The notes beneath the pieces are model-generated. The model was given only the letters and a program-made list of their open reading frames with translations. It ran no database searches and was not told the DNA's origin. A stretch of DNA of 64,000 bases from Haliotis cracherodii. Its lineage: Eukaryota. A program made the position numbers and the translations under genes. Below, one piece after another: positions 1 through 12,263 of this stretch. Each line of letters opens with the position of its first letter. Within the stretch, counting starts at the first letter, position 1. The stretch covers positions 26,970,001 to 27,034,000 of the forward strand of contig NW_027266264.1 of assembly GCF_022045235.1 (NCBI RefSeq), in the 5' to 3' direction.

Positions 1-84
1 TTGTTTTACCATCTTATCATGTCTTCTCGGGAGACGCAAATGCGGATCAAACCACTGACCTCAGCTCTCCAAACTCATGTGCGG

Positions 85-860
85 ACTGTGTGAGTGTGTG
101 ACTCTGTGAGCATGTGAGTGTGTGAGTGTGAGCATGTGAGTGTGTGAGCATGTGAGTGTGTGAGCATGTGAGTGTGTGACTGTGAGTGTGTGAGCATGTA
201 AGTGTGTGACTGTGAGTGTGTAAACATGTAAGTGTGTGACTGTGAGTGTGTGAGCATGTGAGTGTTTGACTGAGTGTGTAAACATGTAAGTGTGTGACTG
301 TGAGTGTGTGAGCATGTGAGTGTGTGACTGTGAGTGTGTAAACATGTAAGTGTGTGAGGGTGTGAGCATGTAAGTGTGTGAGTGTGTGACTGTGAGTGTG
401 TAAACATGTAAGTGTGTGACTGTGAGGGTGTGAGCATGTAAGTGTGTGACTTGGAGTGTGTGACTGAGTGTGTGTGTGTGAGTCTGTGAGTGTGTGACTG
501 AGTGTGTAAGTGTGTGACTGTGAGTGTGTGAGCATGAGTGTGTGAGCATGTAAGTGTGTGAGTGTGTGACTGAGTGTGTAAGTGTGTGACTGTGAGTGTG
601 CAAGCATGTGAGTGTGTGAGCATGTAAGTGTGTGAGCATGTGAGTGTGTGACTGAGTGTGTGATCATGTAAGTGTGTGACTGTGAGTGTNNNNNNNNNNN
701 NNNNNNNNNNNNNNNNNNNNNNNNNNNNNNNNNNNNNNNNNNNNNNNNNNNNNNNNNNNNNNNNNNNNNNNNNNNNNNNNNNNNNNNNNNNNNNNNNNNN
801 NNNNNNNNNNNNNNNNNNNNNNNATGTGTGTGAATGTGTGACTATGTGTGTGTGTGAGAC
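85..860. repeat. Degenerate (TG)n/TGTGAG-based satellite spanning an assembly gap
   Basis: Units such as tgtgagtgtgtgagcatg and tgtgactgtgagtg; N run 690-823. Explains the His/Thr-rich ORFs. Confidence 0.95.
690..823. other. Assembly gap (134 N)
   Basis: N run. Confidence 1.
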
Positions 861-1374
861 TGTCAAGCAACCATCCATGCTGTCAGAAATTTCTCAAAGT
901 CAGATGCTAGTTGTGAATCAAGAATATGAAAGTCACAACATCATTAGCTGTAATTCGACACAAGCATAAATACACATATTCTAATTGTCATAAAAAGATT
1001 ATGCACTTGTTTGTAATATATCATTTTCAAACTTGAAAGAGTTTTAACATTCTTCAACAGGTAATTATCTGGGTGTAATCTGACATTGTGCTAACATTGT
1101 TCTTTATTACCCATTGTTCAAGTGTTTCATCTACTTCCAAAACAAAGCACAATGCACGGACAAGGCATCCTATTACACTGCCAGACATCCAAGGCCCATC
1201 TTGCTTTCAAATTAATTGTTTCAGTGTTTCCACCAAGGATTTTTTCTCAGTTTGATCAAGTAACAACTGGCAGAGTTAAGAACGTATGATGGATTGTTAA
1301 CATATAATTTACTATCTTTTGTAGAGATGTGACAGAACAAGCCTCTTCAGCCCATCCCAAAGCCCTCTACACCA

Positions 1375-2990
1375 TACTGTACTGTAACCACCAGTGTTTA
1401 TCCCCCACCTCGGTATACTGTAACCAGTGTTCATCCCCACCTACATATGGCATACTGTAACCACAACTATTTATCCCACATCTACATATAGTTTATTGTA
1501 ATGCTTATCCTACATTTACCTATGGTACACTGTAACCACCAGTGTTTATCCTCCACCTACCTATGGTACACTGAACAGTTTATCCTACATTTACCTATGG
1601 TACACTGTAACCACTAGCATTTATCCCCCACCTACCTATGGTACACTGTACTGCTTATCCTCCGCCTACCTATGGTACAATACTGTTTATCCCTACCTAC
1701 CTATGGTACACTGTACTGCTTATCCTCTACCTACCTATGGTACACTGTACTGTTTATCCTCCACTTACCTATGCTACACTGTAACCACCAGCATTTATCC
1801 CCACCTACCTATGGTAGACTGTACTGTTTATCCCCATCTACCTATGGTACACTGTACTGCTTATCCTCTACCTACCTATGTTTCAAAGTACTGTTTATCC
1901 TCCACCTACCTATGGTACACTACTGTTTATCCCCACCTTCCTATGTTTCACTGTACTGTTTATCCTCCTCCTACCTATGGTACAATACAGTTTATCCCCA
2001 CCTACCTATGGTACAATACTGTTTATCCCCACCTACCTGTGGTACAATACTGTTTATCCCCACCTACCTATGGTACAATACTGTTTATCCCCACCTACCT
2101 ATGGTACACTGTACTGCTTATCCTCCACCTACCTATAGTACACTGTACTGCTCATCCTCCACCTACCTATGGTACACTGTACTGCTTATCCTCCACCTAC
2201 CTATAGTACACTGTACTGCTTATCCTCCACCTACCTATAGTACACTGTACTGCTCATCCTCCACCTACCTATAGTACACTGTACTGCTCATCCTCCACCT
2301 ACCTATGGTACACTGTACTGCTTATCCTCCACCTACCTATAGTACACTGTACTGCTCATCCTCCACCTACCTATAGTACACTGTACTGTTTATCCTCCAC
2401 CTACCTATGGTACACTACTGTTTATCCCCACCTTCCTATGTTTCACTGTACTGTTTATCCTCCTCCTACCTATGGTACAATACAGTTGATCCCCACCTAC
2501 CTGTGGTACAATACTGTTTATCCCCACCTACCTATGGTACAATACTGTTTATCCCCACCTACCTATGGTACACTGTACTGCTTATCCTCCACCTACCTAT
2601 AGTACACTGTACTGCTTATCCTCCACCTACCTATGGTACACTGTACTGCTCATCCTCCACCTACCTATGGTACACTGTACTGCTTATCCTCCACCTACCT
2701 ATGGTACACTGTACTGCTCATCCTCCACCTACCTATGGTACACTGTACTGCTTATCCTCCACCTACCTATAGTACACTGTACTGCTTATCCTCCACCTAC
2801 CTATGGTACACTGTACTGCTCATCCTCCACCTACCTATGGTACACTGTACTGCTTATCCTCCACCTACCTATAGTACACTGTACTGCTTATCCTCCACCT
2901 ACCTATGGTACACTGTAACCACCAGTGTTTATCCACCACCTACCTATGGTACACTTCTATTTATCCTCCACCTACCTATGGTAAACAGTG
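1375..2990. repeat. 31-37 bp minisatellite (main unit 34 bp cctacctatggtacactgtactgcttatcctcca) overlapping an EXT1 exon/intron junction
   Basis: Roughly 40+ tandem units; the last unit is the authentic donor at 2975/2976. Confidence 0.95.
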
Positions 2991-3136
2991 GCCCCAGTCA
3001 GCACCATGGAATACTCATTGGCCCACTTGGAGGTGTAGCTCCACCTATTCTTGCTGTCATCCCAATAGTGGTTCCTGGCTGGGTACCCAACAATCCTCTC
3101 TGGGAATTCTTGCCACACACTAAATGCGAAGTCAAT
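2976..3136 (-). CDS. EXT1: EXT1 exon: [54 protein letters not shown]
   Basis: 161 nt, TTTAG acceptor, GTAGGT donor, phase 0/2. GT64 motifs [11 protein letters not shown] and YSMVLTGA. Confidence 0.97.
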
Positions 3137-3323
3137 CTAAACAAACACATATCATTTAGATACAGCATCAGCACATGTGGCAAATATTGTCAGTGAGACA
3201 ATGTGTTAAAATAACAACAGAGGTGGTCAGTCTGTACGATTTGCAAACATGAACACAGATCAGTTGGAGTTAATAGGATATCCTTTGGAAAAAAGCATAT
3301 GAATACATGTACTATTTGTACAG

Positions 3324-3580
3324 ACCCACGAAGATCCGGGGAAGAACAGGTCTTCAGCAACACATGCGTGCCGTAAAAGGCAACTATGCTTGTCGTAAGA
3401 GGCGACTAACGAGATCGGGTTGTCAGGCTCGCTGACTTGGTTCATGCATGTCATCGTATCCCAATTGGGTGGATTGATGCTCATGTCTGGTCCAGACTAG
3501 ATTATTTACAGACCGCCGTCATATACATGTAGCTGGAATATTGCCGAGAGCGGCGTAAAACAAAAAAACCCCCTAAAATC
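3324..3580 (+). mobile_element. Short retroposon family B (non-tRNA head ACCCGTGAAGATCCGGG), full length
   Basis: 12-bp TSD ctatttgtacag (3312-3323 and 3581-3592). Confidence 0.92.
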
Positions 3581-3699
3581 CTATTTGTACAGTGATTAGG
3601 TGAGTAAATGACCCCAGTCACCAATATTTAAGCTATATACCATCAACCAGAAAATAAACAAGTTGGTGGTTGAAGGAATGACAAACGTTACGTACTGTC

Positions 3700-4240
3700 C
3701 GAATATGATACCACACAATCAACAAGGTAATGTCTAAGTATGACGACACACAAACATCTAGACATGATGACAAACAATCAACCAAGACATATTCAAGTAT
3801 GCGACACACATCTCAACCAGATGATATCCGAGTATCATGACACAGAATCAACTAGGTCATGTCCGAATATGACACAATCAACCAGGTCATATCCGGAATA
3901 TGACACAATCAACCAGGTCATATCCGAATATGACACAATCAACCAGATAATATCCGAATATGACACAATCAACCAGGTCATATCCATATATGACACAATC
4001 AACCAGGTCATATCCAGATATGAGTGAGTGAGTATGGTTTAATGCCGCTTTTAGCAATATTACAGCAATATCACGGCGGGGGACACCAGAAATGGGCTTC
4101 ACACATTGTACCCATGTTGGGAATCGAACCCAGATGTTCGGCGTGGCGAGCGAACGCTTTAACCACTAGGCTACCCGACCGCCCCTCCAGATATGATGAT
4201 ACAAAATCCATTATGTCATATCTGAGCATAACGACACACA
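3700..4240. repeat. 30 bp minisatellite (atatgacacaatcaaccaggtcatatccga) interrupted by a SINE
   Basis: Clean units 3870-4023, degenerate units on both sides, continuing after the SINE at 4186. Confidence 0.9.
4024..4185 (-). mobile_element. SINE family A (tRNA-Asp-like head, (ACTC)n tail), full length
   Basis: A box TAGCCTAGTGG, B box GGTTCGATTCC; 11-bp TSD tccagatatga (4013-4023 and 4186-4196). Confidence 0.93.
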
Positions 4241-4259
4241 ATCATCCTAATCCACCTAC

Positions 4260-4349
4260 CTCATCTGTTGTGAGCAATGCATCTTCATCCAGACTAAACA
4301 CGGCGTCTGTTTCTATTTCTTTATAAGGATGAAATCTAGAGCTAATAGT
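4260..4349 (-). CDS. EXT1: EXT1 exon with GT64 DXD motif: TISSRFHPYKEIETDAVFSLDEDALLTTDE
   Basis: 90 nt, TTGCAG acceptor, GTAGGT donor, phase 0/0. SSRF.P and TDAV.SLDED motifs. Confidence 0.97.
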
Positions 4350-4483
4350 CTGCAATAAAGGAAACAAAATCTGCTGTTAACATCACATCATAGATACACC
4401 TTGAAAAAGGCTCAACATTGGTAATTTTCTTCTAAATTGTAGTGCTTTAAAAGTCTGATGAAGTACATTTGTTTTTGTTTAAA

Positions 4484-4632
4484 GTGAGTGAGTATGGTTT
4501 AGCAATATTTCAGCAATATCACGGCAGGGGACACCAGAAATGGGCTTCACACATAGTACACATGTGGGGAATCAAACCTGGATCTTTGGGGTGACGAGCG
4601 AACGCTCTAACCACTAGACTACCCCACTGCCC
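4484..4632 (-). mobile_element. SINE family A
   Basis: Same consensus; TSD tgtttttgttta. Confidence 0.9.
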
Positions 4633-5482
4633 TGTTTTTGTTTACAAAGTGACATCCTCACATTGAAATACCAAAACCGAAACTGATTACCTAATGACAT
4701 ATTTTGTAACTGGCTCAAGGTAATAGTTATTTGACGAGTCCTACTCTGCTTCTTTGCATCCTGGGATTTTATCGAAGAAATACATTGTCCCGGAAAAAAG
4801 TTTACAAAAAGAAATTATGCTTCTGGTTGTTGAAAAAAAGTTTTTATCAGCCACGATAAACACATTGCTGCAAAATTATTATTTTTTCTAAAAAAAACCA
4901 TGTAGGCTCATGTTTCCAGACTGCTGCTTTTGCAGCTGCACCTGAAAAATATCTAGTCTCCATACAAAATTGTGACCTGAACAGTTCATTTATCAAGTCT
5001 TTCAATGACATTTATCACTAGTGAGAAGTGCATCATCCATAACCACCATCACAAAAATAAACACATAAAATTTTGCAAACTTCTAAATGCCCATCAAACA
5101 GATATTCTCTGACTGTTCTTATATGTTACTGAGAACACCAAACGATCAACACAAACTCTTAAAGGCCCTTGGTTGCATCAAGAACCCATCCTCGGGAGTA
5201 TTTTACCCATCTCCACAGTGTCATTATCAATTACAACTGTACCACAATCTCCAGTCTGGTGATCAAGACTGCCCCTTCGTGTGGCTATACAAATTCAAGA
5301 AGTATCTCTATTACTGATGCAGACAAAATATGTCCCTTATGGGAATCCATACTTTCATGTTTCAACTGTATAACAATGTAGTTAGTCGTGTGTAATGACA
5401 AACCGGAATATCGCATTTTTGGGTATCCTAGAAGTCTTCGTAAAATTGAGAATGTTGTTGGTTGGAACTCATTCTAACATAG

Positions 5483-5745
5483 AATGAATGTGGACTTTAA
5501 CGCTTCTTTGAACAGTATTCCAGTTAAATCACGCATGTCGGAAAACTGTGGGAAGAAACCCAAAGTGATGCAGGTCTCAGACATTTACCACTTTGGTGAA
5601 ACCCATGAGCATGGGTATGGTGCTGACAAACCTAAAGAGAGGATAGAGCGAACAATCATTATCATAGGTTTCTGGTGTGCCCAAGGGACGCAACTCTGCA
5701 CAGCAAAATTGCAGGGCTCTGATGACTGGGCCACCCGTGCCCCCC
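5483..5745 (-). mobile_element. SINE family C (tRNA-Leu-like head)
   Basis: GGCACGGGTGGCCCAGTC head; shares body tttaccactt.ggtgaaaccca.gagca.gggtatggtgctga with other copies. Confidence 0.85.
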
Positions 5746-6890
5746 TCTAGCATAGACATATTCACACCTCAACTGCCTACAAGAATATCTCATTCCATTT
5801 ACTGAGAAAATGCCACACACTTATGACATAGCGATACACCACCCTCAGATCCAGGGCCTGCTGAGAAGCAGTATGATTTGTTCCGGTATATAACATTTTC
5901 TCAAAATAAACAGACATTTTTGTTTTGGATAATAAGTTTTTTTGCATCAATTCTGATTACACACCTGCTGTGTCCCCTAAACACGTTCCAGGTTTATTCA
6001 GCATTAAGTACTCTCATTACCAGAGTTCTATAGATGCATCATAATCTTGACAATCACAAAATATTTCTTTACCAGTTAGGACAAATTCACCTGCAAGACA
6101 TCAAAGCCTCGCATGCATCATTTGGGCCAAAAATAAGTACCTAACAATTTTCTTTTTTTAAAAAGGCCATCTTCCATACACTGATATTATCTTAAAAGAT
6201 CCTAGTCTGTGTTTTCAGGTTATGTCCCTGCTGGATAGCCATACTTTCATGCTCCTTGCTTGGAGAAAATATGCACATTATAGTTAATTGTATGAGAAAA
6301 TATAAGCCAAGGACCTGTTGTTCACCAGGTACACTCAACATGACCTGAATAGTCCATGGAAAAAAGCAGTTTCTAAGATGAAATTTTTTCAATATTGTCA
6401 ACAAGGCCAAAACTGAGAGCAGATCATGGATCCTATGAGAAACTTCTATCAATATTTTAATCATTAAATCTTGACCACTGAATTTTAAGAAAAAGAGCTT
6501 CTGAGCCCATAGTATAAATAACCTACCAAAATATGATCTGAAACTTCTGAGAAGATGATGCTTAAACAGTTTCAGCAATTGTCAAATATTTTCTAAATTA
6601 AAAAACCCAACTAAATTTGTCAATTCCATGCAATGAACAGATCCACATTATGGTCTAACACACCTTCCCAAGGTTTCAACTCCCTGTTCTTTTTCACAAT
6701 CTACAAAACATGGGGTGCTTTCTATGTTCTGGCAATGCTGAATCCCTTTGTGTTGCTTCACATAATATCACTATTTCAGATCTCTGAACCTTTGGGGAGT
6801 CAGAAAAACAGGTTATTAACATTATTCAAAATTTGTTATTTAAAAAAAAAAAAAATTGATTTCAACACCATGAAAAAATTAGAGTCCCAA

Positions 6891-6956
6891 TACCACTCAA
6901 AAGAAGTTAAAGAACAACTGAATCAGGTGTTCCTTAACTTCTTTTGAGCAGAATAT
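6891..6956. mobile_element. Minimal Tc1-like MITE (two TIRs, spacer of about 10 nt)
   Basis: ctcaaaagaagttaaagaaca...tgttccttaacttcttttgag; same right TIR at about 55240-55266. Confidence 0.7.
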
Positions 6957-7156
6957 ATCAGCCATCATTCTGAAGTTTCAAGCTCATCCATTTTTTCATC
7001 AGACGTCAAAAGTGGACGCCCCAACAGAGACGGCTGATGGATGGACATGACATGCCTTAAGTTCACTGGACAGCCTGTATTGGTGACTAAGAACAAACCC
7101 ACTGAGTATCCCTGAACATCACTTTAACAGATTGTGCCCCTGGTGGGCTACCATAC

Positions 7157-7255
7157 CTTAATGTTCCTAGTCTTGACTAGGACAGGGACTCCCAGGTCTG
7201 CCGGCCACCTGTGTGATGGAGGGGGTGGTATGTCACAATGCCACAGCACAATAAC
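7157..7255 (-). CDS. EXT1: EXT1 exon: VIVLWHCDIPPPPSHRWPADLGVPVLVKTRNIK
   Basis: 99 nt, CCCCAG acceptor, GTATGG donor, phase 0/0. Matches human [26 protein letters not shown]. Confidence 0.94.
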
Positions 7256-7944
7256 CTGGGGAGTATAAACAACACACACGTGCGACAGGTTGCGGCAAAC
7301 AATACAGAAAATATGAACGCTATGTCACGCAAACTACAGCGTCACTTCAAAGTTAGTACAACAACTGTAGAAAACAATAGATGGCTGGCCATGACTATAA
7401 TGAAGACGGACACACAATTCTGGGAGACGAATTCGCCATGGTTGTTTATGAATTATTGTGTGGGGTGTACACAGTGGCAGAAAGTATGGTGTGTCTAGCC
7501 CAGACCTTTGTGTTTCAGACAGGAAAACAGTAAGTCAGCCCACTCGCAATCTGTTTTTCTAACTCGTTAATCAAGTGCATGTTGGTGCTGAGGGCCTCCT
7601 TCTTGGAGAGTTATTTACAAAGAGTTTGAATCATCTCTAAAGCAAATAAATATAATATTTGGCCCTTCCTTGAAAATATCACAGGCAACAGCGATAAAAA
7701 AAACCCATAGGACTTGATGCAAAAAGCCAATAGCATCTTAAAGTGTTTGTTGCAAACCCCCATATCCAAGATCTGCTACTTCGCCTTGCTACCTCACAGC
7801 CCCTACTAATCCTTCCTAGTGTAGTGTTAATGTTACCCTATCTGGAGGTACAGTTACGTTTCTCAAGAACAACACATCCGACTCTATCCATGTAACCTCC
7901 AATCCATGATTGATCCCTGAATCACTATCCACCATTTGATCCCT

Positions 7945-9050
7945 CCCTACCTACCTGTCCATATCAACCAGCTAAACCCACCTACAAATCAACCCCACCT
8001 AGAAACCAGCCCCATTTAGAAACTAACCCTACCTACCTGCCCCTACCAACAATTAATCCCACCTACTTGCCCCTACCAACCATCCAGCCCCACCTGCTTG
8101 CCCCTTTCAACCAGCCAGCCCCACCTACTTGCCCCTACCAACCAACCAGCCCCAGCCTACATGCCGCTTGCAACCAGCCAGCCCCATCTACCTGTCCCTA
8201 CCAACCAACCAGCCCCACCTACTTGCCCCTACTAACCAACCAGCCCTATCTACTTGCCCCTACCAACCAACTAACCCTACCTACTAGGCCCTACCAACCA
8301 ATCAACACCACCTACCTGCCCCTACCAACTAACCCCACCTCCTTGCCCCTACCAACCAACTAACCCCACCTGCTTGCCCCTACCAACCATCCAGCACTAC
8401 CTACTTGCCCCTTGCAACCAACCAGCCCCACCTACTTGCCACTAACAACCAATTAGCCCCACCTACCTGCGCCTACCAACCAACCAGCCCCTTACAACCA
8501 ACCAGCCCCACCTACTTGCCCCTTACAACCAACCAGCACCACCTACTTGCCCCTTACAACCAACCAGCCCCACCTACTTGCCCCTACCAACCAACCAGCA
8601 CCACCTACTTGCCCTTTGCAACCAACCAGCCCAACCTACTTGCCCCTACCAACCAACCAGCACCACCTACTTGCCCCTTGCAACCAACCAGCCCCACCTA
8701 CTTGCCCCTACCAACCAACTAGCCCCACCTACTTGCCCCTACCAACCAACCAGCCCCACCTACTTGCCCCTACCAACCAACCAGCCCCACCTACCTGCCC
8801 CTACAAACCAACAAGCCCCACCCTACTTGCCCCTACCAACCAACTAGCCCTACCTACCTGCCCCTACCAACCAACCAGCCCCACCCTACTTGCCCCGACC
8901 AACCAACCAGCCCCACCCTACTTGCCCCGACCAACAAACCAGCCCCACCCTACTTGCCCCGACCAAACAGCCAGCCCCACCTACTTGCCCCTACCAACTA
9001 AACCCACCTTCCAATGTCGCCTATCAATCTACAAATTACACACTAAAGCA
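7945..9050. repeat. 31 bp C-rich minisatellite (ccccacctacttgcccctaccaaccaaccag)
   Basis: About 30 tandem units; explains the Pro/Thr/Asn-rich ORFs. Confidence 0.95.
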
Positions 9051-9727
9051 TACCCCTGACAACCACGACAACAGTCAGATGACGGCTACTACCAACTACC
9101 TATCTTGCCACCCCCACGGTGCGTGGCCCTTCATTTAAATACCACACAAATGTGTTTCACTAACGAAACATCCGACATCCGGTAAATCTGCCAACTATAG
9201 CAGAATTTTATTTTGCAGCATGTGTTTGACATTAACACCACTGATGACTCAATTCTGACAGCCAAGGAGTCTGGAGAATAATGGCAGATAGTCTGATAAT
9301 CAACCTGCAAATAAATAGCCCCATTGTGAAAAGTTCAATCAGAATAATCCTGTAATTTCAATTCCAGATTTTTTCAAATGGTTTCCTCTTATGATCATGC
9401 TGTCAAGAGAGATGTAGTAAAAGAGCTTAAGAGTCTGAAATAGGACACTGCGGTGATTTTTATAGAAATAAATTAAATGTTCCGGAGAGAAGGAATCACA
9501 GTTACTGTCTCCATTCTAATCCCGTCAGTTGAAAAACATCTTGATGAACAATTGATATTGTATTTCAAGTAAAAACACAACACTGGGTTGTGAAGAAGCT
9601 CTTCTGACTCAAACTGGTCCTTTTAATGAGGACTGATTATGTCCGGCCTTGTTTTTTCATGTCACAGGCACCAGTATTCCCACACATAGTGTGTCCTGCA
9701 AATAACCAGTCAGTTCCAGTGGTTGAC

Positions 9728-10060
9728 GTTTGTTTGTTTGTTTGTTGTTGAACACAGCACTCAGCAATATTCCACCCATATGATGGAAGCCTATAAACAA
9801 TCGAGTCTTGACCAGACAATCCAGCAACTGACATGGGAAATGATGACATGTTATCAACCAAGTCAGTGAGACAGACCACCCAATCCATTACATCACCTCT
9901 CACTACATGCATGGGTTGCTGAAGACCAGTTCAAACCTGGAATCTTCACAGGGCCAGTGATTGACATGAGCATTGATCTATGCAATTGGGATATGATGAC
10001 ATGCATCAACTAAGTCAGTGAGCGTGACCACCCCCATTAGTGGCCTCTTATGACAAGCAT
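9728..10060 (-). mobile_element. Family B copy plus adjacent partial second copy
   Basis: (TTTG)n tail, cactcagcaatattcc, ccagacaatccag; second fragment from about 9954. Confidence 0.85.
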
Positions 10061-10770
10061 AATCGCTGTTTGAGTTGTTATGACTCTTAGCCTATTCACT
10101 TCTACAGGTATCTAATGAAATTAAACACCTGATCTTATTGGTATTTTGACCAATCAGAATCAATATCCTTCAGTGTCATGGTGAGTGAATTGGGTTTAAT
10201 GCTGCTTTGAACAGTATTCCATTCATATCATGGTTTTCAGTGTCAAGGTAGAATTAAGAGTGACTGAGTTGGTTTTCTTCCGCTTTCAGCAATATTCCAG
10301 CCGTGGCAGGAGACAGCAGCAATGGGGATATATGAGGAAGAGTGGCTGTGGTTGACTGTGCATTTGGGTGTGGGTCATCGACGTAATGGTGCCAGGTTAG
10401 CAGGAGTGTTGGAGGCAAGGATCATAAAAACAACCAAACTTAAGTGTATTAAGTTGCGGAGGAATAGACACAGTTTTCCCGGGAAAACATGATGGGTAAT
10501 TCCCATCATGCACAGGTGCAGAACAAGAAGCTGCAGACGAGAGGCATGAAGCAAATATCACTTACTCGGCAGTTTTTGCAAAACATGCCAAATATTTCTC
10601 TGAACATTAAGTTTATCTTATAGACTGTCTGTTATGAAAAAATACATCAAAATTTATTGCACTGAAATCAAATCTTTTACATAATCAAATAATTATTATA
10701 CAAACATGTGCCAATTTTCTGATGATCGGCAAACTAATACTGTACACACTTTAAACACATGTGGGCATAG

Positions 10771-10960
10771 TGTGAGTGAGTTGGGTCTAACGCAGCTTTT
10801 AACAGTATTCCAGTTATATCACGGCGTGTCAGCTTAATGTGGGAGGAAAGCCCAAAGTGATGCAGGTTTCAGACGTTTACCACTTCGGTGAAACCCACGA
10901 GCACGGGTATGGTGCTAAAAAACCTAGAAACATAATCGTGGCGAACCGGGATTCAAGTCC
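10771..10960 (-). mobile_element. SINE family C, 5'-truncated
   Basis: Body and tail match 49400 and 58462 copies. Confidence 0.88.
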
Positions 10961-11101
10961 TAAAAATTGAAGGCCTAACTATTCAAGCGTGTGAAGGCCC
11001 TTGAGTAGGAGCGAAGGCATTCCATTATCTCCATAATGGAGGCATAGGACTGACAGGGCAACAGTGCCTGTTTCAAGTTCACATGCTCATGAAGAATTGG
11101 T

Positions 11102-11349
11102 GATTGAGTTGGGTTTGGTGTCACTTCAGTAAGATAATATATCACCGTTTTACATGATACCCCACTCAGACACAGAATACCAACTCCGCGCTGACCAGTC
11201 CTTGTTTTAGCCCCTTTATGCCAAGCGCCAGACAGGGTAACAACAAGTACCATCTTTTAACGTCTTTTGGTATGACGTGGCTGGGGTTCAAACCCCAGAC
11301 CTTCCGCTCTCCGGGTTGACGCTCAACCACTAGACCATGGAGGCGGTTC
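11102..11349 (-). mobile_element. tRNA-derived SINE with V-domain-like core (family D)
   Basis: TGGTCTAGTGG and GGTTTGAACCC boxes, then GTCATACCAAAAGACGTTAAAAGATGGTAC...CTGTCTGGCGCTTGGCATAAAGGG, resembling the V-SINE central domain. Confidence 0.78.
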
Positions 11350-11554
11350 TGGTGGGATACCAAGAATGGGTAACAGATATATAGTAAATGAAAACAAATG
11401 TTGAGATAAATTGCACACTTGCATTAAAGAAATTATAGATACACATATTTTAATAATGAATACGTTTGATTCAACAATGAGGCCATTTTTACTTTGTAAT
11501 GATGATTAATTTTGACCTTTTTGGCAAGCTAATGAAAACCCTTGTACAACGTAC

Positions 11555-11809
11555 CTTTTGTATATATGTGGACCTTGCAACATTCCGCAACAGCTTGAAG
11601 AGCGGAGAGGCAGTTGCAGACATCACAGGGGAGGTTGCATATATTACAGCAGTGAATTTAGTTCTGGGGGTGAGCCCTAGGTGGCGGTAGTAGAAGGGGA
11701 AGGACTGCATGACATCGGCATACTCTGGGAGGATGGCTGTAGCACCAGGAACTGTATTCCACAACTTCTGGGACCGTCTCAGTTGACTGGAGATCCGGTC
11801 TTTGATTAT
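11555..11809 (-). CDS. EXT1: EXT1 exon: IIKDRISSQLRRSQKLWNTVPG...KFTAVIYATSP...ARSTYIQK (linker plus start of GT64 domain)
   Basis: 255 nt, ATCAG acceptor, GTACGT donor, phase 0/0. Overlaps ORF 11489..11764; FPFYY and KFTAVI motifs. Confidence 0.95.
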
Positions 11810-11854
11810 CTGATTTCACCAAGAAAAATATCAAAGTTCAAATATCGCCGATAA

Positions 11855-11912
11855 GTGAGTGAGTGAGTCAAAGTTTAACGTCACATCGGCAATATTACAA
11901 CCATATCGTGAC
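11855..11912 (-). mobile_element. Isolated 3' tail of a further SINE family (E)
   Basis: GTCACGATATGGTTGTAATATTGCCGATGTGACGTTAAAC + (ACTC)n. Confidence 0.75.
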
Positions 11913-11997
11913 AAGTTTTGCTGAAAAATACACTCAGGTGTTTGTTAAAGGTAAGTGAGTGAATGTTGTTTTAAGCGGCAGTTAGAAATACTAAAAC

Positions 11998-12263
11998 TAT
12001 ACTGAACAAAGAAGTTAGGGATCACTAATATTTTTGGGGATATTTTTATGAAGACAAAAAATATCCCCAAAAAATATTTATGGTCCCGAACATTTTTAGA
12101 TGAAAGGATGAATATATATTATTGCTGCCAGTATATGCTGTTCAAAAGAAGTAGAACACCCATAATTGGAAGGCTGTGTGTTGCAATACCCACAAACCAT
12201 GACAAATTAACTATAGTCATATGAAAAAATCAGGTGCTTTTTAACTCTTTTTATAGTAGTATA
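11998..12263. mobile_element. Two adjacent Tc1-like MITE remnants
   Basis: Hairpin aatatttttggggatattttt/aaaaatatccccaaaaaatatt, then tatgctgttcaaaagaagt...ctcttttatagtagtata sharing attaactatagtca with 55152-55266. Confidence 0.7.

Noticed and set aside
47-969. His/Thr-rich ORFs
   Set aside because: Translation of (CA)n-type satellite and N gap.
1-1375. Search for the next EXT1 exon (YYxYLY...NCEDI)
   Set aside because: Not found; presumably lies before position 1, and the 134-N gap looks too short if its size is accurate.
1672-2918. YPPPTY-repeat ORFs resembling adhesive or cell-wall proteins
   Set aside because: The 34-bp unit is not a multiple of 3, so the peptide cycles through frames. 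It is an antisense reading of a splice-site-derived minisatellite.
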